IMG/VR virus record: IMGVR_UViG_3300005738_000002
Coordinates: 1 to 53,757 of that record
From: a virus
Lineage: Duplodnaviria; Caudoviricetes
Strand: one strand, 5' to 3'
Length of the DNA stretch: 53,757 bases
Shown: piece after piece, positions 46,676 through 53,757 of the stretch
How the letters are laid out: every line of letters starts with the position of its first letter
Numbering within the stretch: position 1 is the first letter of the stretch
The notes under the pieces: generated by a model
Databases searched by the model: none
Told to the model about the DNA's origin: nothing
Seen by the model: only the letters and a program-made list of their open reading frames with translations
Program-made: the position numbers and the translations under genes

Positions 46676-48215
46676 TACGATTACAATTGTTGGTGGTGGA
46701 AGTGCAGGGTGGATGACTGCTGCTACGCTTTGTAGATTTTTTCCATATAGAACTATTAATATTATAGAAAGTCCTGATTATCCTATCGTGGGAGTTGGAG
46801 AAAGTACTCTAGGACATATCAATCATTGGTTGCATCTTTTAGATATTGATGAAGATGATTTCATGAAAGATTGTGATGCTTCATATAAACTTAGTATTAA
46901 ATTTACAGATTTTTATTCTAAAAATGATGGAGGATTTCATTATCCTTTTGGACAACCTTTCTTCAAAGATACAGAACTAGACTTTAATGATTGGCAACTT
47001 GTAAAATTATTTTATCCAGGAATTCCTGTTCAAGATTTCGCTAGGTCTTATAATCCTGCTACTATTTTGGCAGAGATGAATAAAATTGATACCAATGAGA
47101 GTGGAGATTTAGATAATTTTAATTTTAAAAAGGATGCTGCTTATCATATAGATGCTGTTAAGTTTGGACAATGGTTAAAACATAACTATTGTATTCCAAG
47201 AAATGTAAATTTAATTCAATCTAATGTAGAGCACATTAACGTAAATGATGATGGGGTAGAATCTTTAGTACTAAGTGATGGTACAAAACATGAAGCAGAT
47301 CTCTATATTGATTGCACAGGATTTAAGAGTCTACTTTTAGGAAAATCATTAGAAGAAAAATTTATATCGTATAATGATATACTTCCAAACAATAGAGCAT
47401 GGGCAACTAAACTTCCTTACACAGATAAAGAAACACAACTTCAACCATATACAAACTCTACAGCATTATCTTCTGGTTGGGTTTGGAATATTCCTTTATG
47501 GAGTAGAATAGGTACGGGTTATGTTTATAGTGATGAATTTATCAGCAAAGAAGATGCTTTAAAAGAATTTCAAGAACACATTAGAAGAGATGATTTAGAG
47601 TTCAAAGATATTGAAATGCGAATTGGTATTCATGAACAAACTTGGAAAAAGAATGTAGTTGGTATTGGACTAGCTGCTGGATTTATTGAACCACTAGAAA
47701 GTAATGGATTATTTACAGTACATGAGTTTTTATTAAAACTAGTCAAGTCTTTATCTAAACCTTTTGTAAATCAATTTGATCGTGATGTTTATAATCTAGC
47801 GACTCGTGATATGTTTGATGTTTTTGCAACTTTTGTTTCTTTACATTACAAATTGAGTTCCAGAACAGATACAGAATATTGGAGAAATGTTACTGAACGT
47901 AGTTGTATTCGTGGAAGTATTAATAATATTCCACAAATGCAATCTGATTTCAAGAACTTGGCACATGATAAAATGTTTAAAGAACAATTTACTGGAGGTG
48001 GTGTATCTTATATCGCAACTGGAATGCATTACACTATGGTAGATGATTCAACTCTTCTGTCATGGAACTATCATAATGATGTTGATTATAAGAAACTGGC
48101 AGATAGAGCACGTTTAATTTTTAATAGAAGACAGCATTTGTGGACTTCTACAGCATACATTGCTCCAACATTGAACACATTTTTGTCGAATAAATATGGT
48201 TATGAGAGTAATTAA
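46659..48215 (+). CDS. prnA: Flavin-dependent tryptophan-halogenase family protein
   Basis: GGGSAG FAD motif, VGVGEST, ASYKLSIKF (catalytic Lys position), IDCTGF, WVWNIP, FIEPLESNG. Confidence 0.92.
   Translation: MSKQIDTITIVGGGSAGWMTAATLCRFFPYRTINIIESPDYPIVGVGESTLGHINHWLHLLDIDEDDFMKDCDASYKLSIKFTDFYSKNDGGFHYPFGQPFFKDTELDFNDWQLVKLFYPGIPVQDFARSYNPATILAEMNKIDTNESGDLDNFNFKKDAAYHIDAVKFGQWLKHNYCIPRNVNLIQSNVEHINVNDDGVESLVLSDGTKHEADLYIDCTGFKSLLLGKSLEEKFISYNDILPNNRAWATKLPYTDKETQLQPYTNSTALSSGWVWNIPLWSRIGTGYVYSDEFISKEDALKEFQEHIRRDDLEFKDIEMRIGIHEQTWKKNVVGIGLAAGFIEPLESNGLFTVHEFLLKLVKSLSKPFVNQFDRDVYNLATRDMFDVFATFVSLHYKLSSRTDTEYWRNVTERSCIRGSINNIPQMQSDFKNLAHDKMFKEQFTGGGVSYIATGMHYTMVDDSTLLSWNYHNDVDYKKLADRARLIFNRRQHLWTSTAYIAPTLNTFLSNKYGYESN
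48190..48196 (+). promoter_or_regulatory. Possible late promoter inside the halogenase 3' end
   Basis: ATAAATA ~22 bp before ATG 48218. Confidence 0.45.
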
Positions 48216-48217
48216 TT

Positions 48218-48814
48218 ATGGCGTATGAAACTTTGTGGTATCACTCACAACTACCTGACGAAGTTATAGATCCTTTATGTAAGACATTAGAACTAAGTGA
48301 TAACTTTGTAGATTCTTTAACAAAAAGTGGCGCAGATTACACTGTTAGAGATAGTCAAAATCAGTGGGTTCCTCACACACATTGGGTGTGTGGATTAATT
48401 TGGCACTATATTAATCTTGCTAATGATACTAATTTTGGATATGACATCGAGCAATTTGATGGCGGTAGTGTTCAGTATACAAAATATGAAGCTGGTCAAT
48501 ATTATAATTGGCATAAAGACGATGGGGTAGCAAATCAATATGCACCTAGTTTGGCAAATCCAGAAGAAGATTTTATTAAATCAAAAACTAAAAAAATTAG
48601 AAAACTTTCCGTAGTGGTTCAGTTATCTTCCCATGAAGATTATACCGGAGGAGAGTTTCAATTTATGGAGGACTATAATAAAACTTTCTTTGCCCCAAAA
48701 AAGAAAGGAACTATTATTATTTTTGATAGTAGATTACCTCACAGAGCAAAAAAAGTTATCAGTGGAGAAAGAAGATCTCTTGTAGGTTGGGTTACTGGTC
48801 CTCAATGGAAATAA
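48218..48814 (+). CDS. 2OG-Fe(II) oxygenase, PKHD/prolyl-hydroxylase-like
   Basis: Y.WHKD, RKLS..VQLS..DY.GGE, IFDS..PHR, G.RRSLVGW..GP.WK. Confidence 0.88.
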   Translation: MAYETLWYHSQLPDEVIDPLCKTLELSDNFVDSLTKSGADYTVRDSQNQWVPHTHWVCGLIWHYINLANDTNFGYDIEQFDGGSVQYTKYEAGQYYNWHKDDGVANQYAPSLANPEEDFIKSKTKKIRKLSVVVQLSSHEDYTGGEFQFMEDYNKTFFAPKKKGTIIIFDSRLPHRAKKVISGERRSLVGWVTGPQWK

Positions 48815-48817
48815 ATT

Positions 48818-49396
48818 ATGGAATGGAATGATTGGTCAGTTCTGGTATTAAAAAATCTTGTAGATCCAGTATATCTTTTTAGTGAAGTTCCTTGGGAAAG
48901 AGGTCAGTATACTTATGTAAAACCTGGAACAGTTATCCAAGAACCTTTAGAGAAGCAAGTAGAAGGAAGTATCTCTCGTTATAATCACCCAAAATATAAA
49001 GAGATTCAGTATTTTATAAAATCACAACTCGAAAAAACTATTGGGGAAGTTTTATATCCAACATATTATTATGATAGATTTTATTTTAAAGGTCAAGATT
49101 TAGAAGTTCATGTAGATAGACCTGCATGTGAAGTTAGTGTCTCATTACATTGTTCAAATAATTTAGATTATAATTGGCCAATATGGTTCAAAACACCAGA
49201 AGATACTAATATACCATTGATTACTAACCCTGGTGACGCAGTTGTTTACAAAGGTTGCGAGAGACCACACTGGAGAGAACCAATGAAAGGTAATCATAAG
49301 TCATATTATCATCAAATATTCTTTCATTATGTCAGAAGAGATGGTCCATATATTGAACATGCATATGATATGTGTAACAATATAAATAGTAACTAG
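48818..49396 (+). CDS. 2OG-Fe(II) oxygenase superfamily protein
   Basis: R.Y..G..L..HVDRPACE.SVSL, GDA..YKGC...HWR, QIFFHYV. Confidence 0.8.
   Translation: MEWNDWSVLVLKNLVDPVYLFSEVPWERGQYTYVKPGTVIQEPLEKQVEGSISRYNHPKYKEIQYFIKSQLEKTIGEVLYPTYYYDRFYFKGQDLEVHVDRPACEVSVSLHCSNNLDYNWPIWFKTPEDTNIPLITNPGDAVVYKGCERPHWREPMKGNHKSYYHQIFFHYVRRDGPYIEHAYDMCNNINSN
49381..49388 (+). promoter_or_regulatory. T4-type late promoter
   Basis: TATAAATA upstream of glycine-rich protein B. Confidence 0.8.
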
Positions 49397-49415
49397 GAAA
49401 AAAGTCGCTACAAAT

Positions 49416-50618
49416 ATGTCTGAATTAAATGTTGGTGATTTAAATATTTCACAGAATTGTAATTTTGCTGTCTATGCAACTGCTAATCGTCCTGTTGGAG
49501 TTGATATAGGATTTATTATTTTTAATAGTGATGAAAGTAAACTTCAAGTATGGGATGGATCTAACTGGATAAGTTTTGGACAATCAAGTTATGATATGTC
49601 TGGTAGTGGTAATGTAACTACTACTGATTTGTCTGGTGATTTTTCTGGTTATAGGGTTCTAAAATTTACTGGTGATGGAACGCTGAATGTCTCGCAGTCA
49701 AACCAAGATGGTGGTATAGAAATGCTACTCATCGCTGGAGGCGGCGGTGGCGGTGGTGTAATTGGCGGTGGTGGTGGAGCAGGAGGAGTTATTTACAGAA
49801 GAAGTTTATATCTACCACCTGGTTCATATAATATTAATATTGGTGCTGGTGGCGATGGCGGCCGCGGATGGAATAATTCAGAACAAGAAGGAAGAGCTGG
49901 AAATCCATCTACATTTGTTGGTGGGGATGTAAGTTACGAAGCAGTTGGTGGTGGTGGAGGTTGTGGTCATGGCGGTTCTACACCTAATCGTATCGGAGGA
50001 AATGGCGGAAGTGGTGGAGGATCTGCCAATATTTTCAGAAGAGGTGGTAATGCTATTGGAAATAATACAGGTCCAATTGAAGTAGTGCAGTCAATACGAT
50101 CTGTCTACGCAGCACCATCCAATAATGCTATGGCAAGTAATACAATTTTACAAGCTTGTACTGCGAATCAGGGTAACGACGGAGATAATTTCTATAGGAG
50201 AGGTATTCAAGGATATCCTGGAGGAAACTGGGGTGATGGTGATGCTGGTGCCGGTGGTGGTGGAGCAGGTGGTGCTGGAATTGGTGGAGGTAGACCTAGA
50301 GATGTAGGCGGTCCTGGTGGTTCTGGTATTTTCAATGCAATCACAGGAACTGAAGTAGGATATGCCGGTGGTGGGGGAGGCGGAACCAGAGGTACTGGTC
50401 GTAGAAGATCTGAGGGTGGTGCCGGTGGTGGCGGAAAAGGTGGTAGAAATACTCTAGCACCTGCTAGTTATGGAGCTGCTACAGGCGAACAAGCAGAAGC
50501 AGGTCAAACTAACACTGGCGGTGGTGGAGGAGGTGGAGGATATAATGGTTCTTCATCTGCCATCATCGGCGCTCCAGGCGGTCCTGGAATTTGTATTATT
50601 AGATTTAAGAGAACTTAA
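49416..50618 (+). CDS. Glycine-rich adhesin-like fibre-tip protein B
   Basis: Paralogue of 44446: MSELNVG...RP..G.IIFN...LQVWDG.NW, polyglycine runs, NTGGGGGGG...GG.GI.IIR end. Confidence 0.75.
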   Translation: MSELNVGDLNISQNCNFAVYATANRPVGVDIGFIIFNSDESKLQVWDGSNWISFGQSSYDMSGSGNVTTTDLSGDFSGYRVLKFTGDGTLNVSQSNQDGGIEMLLIAGGGGGGGVIGGGGGAGGVIYRRSLYLPPGSYNINIGAGGDGGRGWNNSEQEGRAGNPSTFVGGDVSYEAVGGGGGCGHGGSTPNRIGGNGGSGGGSANIFRRGGNAIGNNTGPIEVVQSIRSVYAAPSNNAMASNTILQACTANQGNDGDNFYRRGIQGYPGGNWGDGDAGAGGGGAGGAGIGGGRPRDVGGPGGSGIFNAITGTEVGYAGGGGGGTRGTGRRRSEGGAGGGGKGGRNTLAPASYGAATGEQAEAGQTNTGGGGGGGGYNGSSSAIIGAPGGPGICIIRFKRT

Positions 50619-50621
50619 AAA

Positions 50622-50945
50622 ATGGATTTAACATATATTGCTGGTTTATCTGCAGAACAAAAAGATGTTCTTGCTTATGTTTTAGAACACATAGAAACTG
50701 AAGAACCATTTGGTCCAGGAATTTCTTCAGACTGGGTTAAAGAAAAAAGAGAAGATCTTAGATTGTCTGCTCCCAGAAATGAAGATATTAGTCAATGTGA
50801 AACGATTAAAAAAATTGATGGATCTGAAACTAGTCTTTCTTATAAAGTTGCTGCATTAGCAGATTCTTCTACCGGTCTACCGGTAATTACAATCAAAGGA
50901 ACTACTACTGATATTGATACTTTGTTTAATGTAAATGGAGATTGA
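50622..50945 (+). CDS. Acidic hypothetical protein
   Basis: 107-aa ORF tightly packed between neighbours. Confidence 0.65.
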   Translation: MDLTYIAGLSAEQKDVLAYVLEHIETEEPFGPGISSDWVKEKREDLRLSAPRNEDISQCETIKKIDGSETSLSYKVAALADSSTGLPVITIKGTTTDIDTLFNVNGD

Positions 50946-51555
50946 TGTACTACCTCTGTTTTCTGCTCCCGTAGCTACGGGAAAAATTGAAGTAAATCAT
51001 GAGCATATTTTAGATCGTTTACGAACACTAAAATATAACAAAACTGAAAACAATGATAATTTAGAAGTAATTGGATCTGAAATTTCTGATAGTCTCAGTG
51101 TATTAGATAAACTATCTTCGCTTGAATACCACATTAAAGATTTTGTAAATTTTTACTTTAATAATATACTTCATTATGAACCTATAAATTACGAAATTGT
51201 ATCGTCATGGGCAACAAAAACTCCCATGGGAACTTGTGGTACTAGACACACACATCCTAATAGTTGGATTAGTGGTGTGTATTACCCTGATACATTAGAT
51301 TCTAGTATTGAATTTTCTAAACAGGTTCCTAGTAATTTCTATCAACCAGTAAAAAATAATAACATATTAAATTCTGAAAAATGGTATCTACCTGTTGTTA
51401 AAGGATCTGTTGTTTTATTTCCTAGTGATCTATCCCATAGAGTTACTAAAAATAATTCCGATCGAAACAGATATTCTATTGCCTTTAATATTTTCCCAAC
51501 AGGAACGTTCGGTAAACACGATTCAACTTTGCATATAAATACTATCGTATCGTAA
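50935..51555 (+). CDS. Putative 2OG-Fe(II) oxygenase (TIGR02466-like)
   Basis: LF..P, SW, HTHPNSWISGVYY, LFPS.L.H.V..N....RYSIAFN. Confidence 0.85.
   Translation: MEIDVLPLFSAPVATGKIEVNHEHILDRLRTLKYNKTENNDNLEVIGSEISDSLSVLDKLSSLEYHIKDFVNFYFNNILHYEPINYEIVSSWATKTPMGTCGTRHTHPNSWISGVYYPDTLDSSIEFSKQVPSNFYQPVKNNNILNSEKWYLPVVKGSVVLFPSDLSHRVTKNNSDRNRYSIAFNIFPTGTFGKHDSTLHINTIVS
51534..51541 (+). promoter_or_regulatory. T4-type late promoter
   Basis: TATAAATA ~24 bp before ATG 51565. Confidence 0.75.
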
Positions 51556-51564
51556 TTTTTAACC

Positions 51565-51756
51565 ATGGACACGGAGCAACTGAGAAAAAACTTTGATGAA
51601 CAACTTGCTAATACAGAGAAACAAATTGTTGATCTTGAAGCAAATCTTGCAAAGGCAAGAGAATATAAACTAAAATTAGTTGGCGGTATCGAAACTCTGG
51701 ATCTACTAAATCCTCCAGAAGAAAATACAGAGACAACCGAGACCACAGAAGAGTAA
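51565..51756 (+). CDS. Small coiled-coil protein
   Basis: Heptad-rich 63 aa, EYKLKL.GG.ETL.LL, acidic tail. Confidence 0.8.
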   Translation: MDTEQLRKNFDEQLANTEKQIVDLEANLAKAREYKLKLVGGIETLDLLNPPEENTETTETTEE

Positions 51757-51760
51757 TCTT

Positions 51761-51796
51761 AATTCCCTGCTTCCTAAATAGAAGTAGGGAATTTTT
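51761..51796 (+). terminator. Terminator-like hairpin with a late promoter box in its loop
   Basis: AATTCCCTGCTTC-ctaaata-GAAGTAGGGAATT (13 bp, one G-U) plus TTT. Confidence 0.7.
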
Positions 51797-51808
51797 GTAT
51801 CTAGGTGC

Positions 51809-52639
51809 ATGGCTACACCAACAACTAAAGCAGAACTAATTTCATACTGCGAACGACAGTTAGGTGCGCCTGTTCTGCAGATCAACATGGATGATACACA
51901 GAAAGATGATATCATCGATCAAGCACTACAATATTATCATGAATACCATTATGATGGTATTGAAAAAATGTTCCTCAAGCATAAATTTACTGAGGCTGAG
52001 GTAACACGATTTAATGAAGGGGATGCATCATCTACGTCTGCAGATGGATCCTCGTGGGAAAATAGAAATAATTATATTGAAGTTCCAGAACTAGTGCTAG
52101 GAATTCAAAAGGTTTTTGGAGTATCTTCAAATTTCTTAAGAAACAATCTTTTTGGTATGAGCAATCAATACTATTTGATGGACCTGTTTTCTTTCTCATC
52201 AGGTTCTGCATTTAGTTTTGGTAACTTTGATCTGACTAACTATTACATGATCAAGCAACATTTTGAAACCATTGACATGGTTATCAATACTGGGTCGTTA
52301 ATTCAATATAGATTTAATAAAAGACAAGATAGATTATATCTCGACATTGATAAATCTAGAATTGTAGAAGATCAATATTTAATTATTGAGTGCTATCGTT
52401 ATCTAGATCCAACTGACTTTACTCAAGTTTTTAATGATAGTTTCCTTAAGAGATACTCTACTGCTTTAATGAAAAGGCAGTGGGGTCAGAATCTAATTAA
52501 ATATAACAACGTCCAACTTCCTGGTGGTATTACTTTAAACGGACGCCAAATCTGGGAAGATGGAGATCGTGAAGTGCGCGAATTAGAATCTAGAATGATG
52601 ACAGATTATTCACTCCCACCTCTGGATATAATCGGATAA
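51809..52639 (+). CDS. gp13: Neck protein gp13
   Basis: P.TK.EL..YC.R.LGAPVL.IN...Q..D.I..AL.YY.EYH.DG; K.QWGQNL.KY....LPGG.TLNG. Confidence 0.95.
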   Translation: MATPTTKAELISYCERQLGAPVLQINMDDTQKDDIIDQALQYYHEYHYDGIEKMFLKHKFTEAEVTRFNEGDASSTSADGSSWENRNNYIEVPELVLGIQKVFGVSSNFLRNNLFGMSNQYYLMDLFSFSSGSAFSFGNFDLTNYYMIKQHFETIDMVINTGSLIQYRFNKRQDRLYLDIDKSRIVEDQYLIIECYRYLDPTDFTQVFNDSFLKRYSTALMKRQWGQNLIKYNNVQLPGGITLNGRQIWEDGDREVRELESRMMTDYSLPPLDIIG

Positions 52640-52640
52640 G

Positions 52641-53525
52641 ATGCCTACTAGTCCTTACTTTCCAACTTATTATAGTGGCACCACTGGAGAACAGGGGTTG
52701 CTACAAGATCTTGTTGACGAACAAATTAAATTGTTCGGAACAGATATTTACTATATGCCAAGAACTTTGTTAAAAGATAATACTCTAGATGATATTGTCT
52801 ATAACAAATATCTGGAGCAGTTTCAAATTGAAATGATACTCCAAAATGTTGAAGGGTTTGGATCACCATCAGAATTTATTAGCAAATTTGGTTTAAGAAT
52901 TACTGATGAAGTAAAATTTTCTGTATCTCAAAGACGTTGGGATAATGAAGTAGCAGAGCATAATCCTACTTTAACTGTAGATGGTAGACCCAATGAAGGC
53001 GACCTACTATACTTCCCACTGACAAAAGATCTTTATGAAATTAAGTTTGTTGAAAGAGAAGATCCTTTTTATCAGTTAGGTAAGATCTATTACTATACAA
53101 TGACTGCCGAAATTTATGAGTATGGTAGCGATGATATCTCAACAGGAATTGCTGAGATTGATGAGATCGAGACGCTATTCAGTTCTGCTATTGCGCTTAC
53201 TATGGGTGTTGGTGGTACTGGAGACTTCACAATTAATGAGACTGTTACCGGAGCAACTACCGGAGTTACTGCAGAAGTTAAATCTTGGGATAATTCTACA
53301 AGAGTTCTTCAGGTTATTAATAGAACAGGAACATTCGCAACAGGCGAAAGTATAACAGGAAATGATTCGGGATCTGTTTGGGTTGTAGGAACGTTCGACA
53401 CTCTAAATAACACTAACAGCGAATACGATCAAAATAGAGTCATTGAAGATTCTGCTGATAATATCATTGATTGGACAGAAGGAAATCCATTTGGTGAAGC
53501 TGGCAATTTTACAGGTAGTATCTAA
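52641..53525 (+). CDS. gp14: Neck protein gp14
   Basis: EQ.L.QDLV.E.I...G.D.YY.PR, SKFGL...DE, RPNEGDL.YFP, EIKFVE...PFYQLGK. Confidence 0.95.
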   Translation: MPTSPYFPTYYSGTTGEQGLLQDLVDEQIKLFGTDIYYMPRTLLKDNTLDDIVYNKYLEQFQIEMILQNVEGFGSPSEFISKFGLRITDEVKFSVSQRRWDNEVAEHNPTLTVDGRPNEGDLLYFPLTKDLYEIKFVEREDPFYQLGKIYYYTMTAEIYEYGSDDISTGIAEIDEIETLFSSAIALTMGVGGTGDFTINETVTGATTGVTAEVKSWDNSTRVLQVINRTGTFATGESITGNDSGSVWVVGTFDTLNNTNSEYDQNRVIEDSADNIIDWTEGNPFGEAGNFTGSI

Positions 53526-53757
53526 TGTTTGGGTCACATTTTTATAACGAAATTATTCGCAAGAATATTGTTGCATTTGGAACTCTATTCAATAATATTA
53601 GTCTGAAAAAAATTGATCCTTCTGACGGAACAACTGTTCTAGAAGAAGAAAAAGTTCCCTTGGCATATGGACCTAAATCAAAATTTCTTACACGTCTAGA
53701 ACAAAATCCAGATGTGAATCGTAAAGTTGCGATTACTTTACCACGTCTTTATTTTGA
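53525..53757 (+). CDS. gp15: Tail sheath stabilizer/terminator gp15 (truncated by window end)
   Basis: MFGSHFYNEIIRKNIVAFGTLFNNI...KVPLAYGPKSKFL.RL...AITLPR; TAATG coupling with gp14. Confidence 0.92.
   Translation, partial: MFGSHFYNEIIRKNIVAFGTLFNNISLKKIDPSDGTTVLEEEKVPLAYGPKSKFLTRLEQNPDVNRKVAITLPRLYF

Noticed and set aside
45505-49396. Labels such as endonuclease V (45505) or ferrochelatase (48818) that I recall being applied to similar phage ORFs
   Set aside because: Both show HxD...H...R/Q double-stranded beta-helix motifs of 2OG-Fe(II) oxygenases and none of the motifs of those enzymes
44750-50590. GGTGGTGGC-type runs as DNA tandem repeats or G-quadruplex elements
   Set aside because: Explained by polyglycine coding with varied third positions
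44446-50618. Diversity-generating retroelement or invertible tail-fibre switch between the two Gly-rich genes
   Set aside because: No reverse transcriptase or invertase, no near-identical template/variable repeat pair, and both genes are in the same orientation
7570-51915. Many minus-strand and alternate-frame ORFs in the track (for example 34450-34968, 32485-32943, 44034-44345)
   Set aside because: Shadows of long + strand genes with biased codon use; no promoters, ribosome-binding sites or recognisable motifs

Overview
A 53.8 kb segment of a T4-like marine cyanomyovirus (Synechococcus/Prochlorococcus phage type); every credible gene is on the + strand. (1) 1-5.2 kb: an array of about 20 small, early-type ORFs. 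Many have their own promoter, made of a degenerate 22-bp palindrome (GTGNCAGTT-N4-AACTGNCAC) starting 51-53 bp upstream of a -10 box, and four look leaderless. The array also holds cyanobacterial-type DnaA boxes, a KTSC-like protein and an orphan HicA-like protein, and ends at an intrinsic terminator where the strand composition visibly switches from C-rich to G-rich. (2) 5.4-44.4 kb: late tail/baseplate module with T4-type (T)ATAAATA promoters: PAAR-like protein, gp25, gp6, gp7 (apparently split by an in-frame TAA), gp8, a VrlC/DUF4815-like protein, a 1422-aa structural protein and a 3321-aa fibre. (3) 44.4-51.8 kb: two paralogous glycine-rich adhesin-like genes interleaved with five 2OG-Fe(II) oxygenases and a flavin-dependent (PrnA-like) halogenase. 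(4) gp13, gp14 and the start of gp15. Best leads: two phycobiliprotein-like domains in the giant fibre that keep the bilin-attachment K-C-x-R-D cysteine, a possible adhesin-tailoring oxygenase/halogenase cassette, nested domain insertions in the fibre, and the modular early-promoter array. All family calls are by-eye motif recognition; no searches were run.
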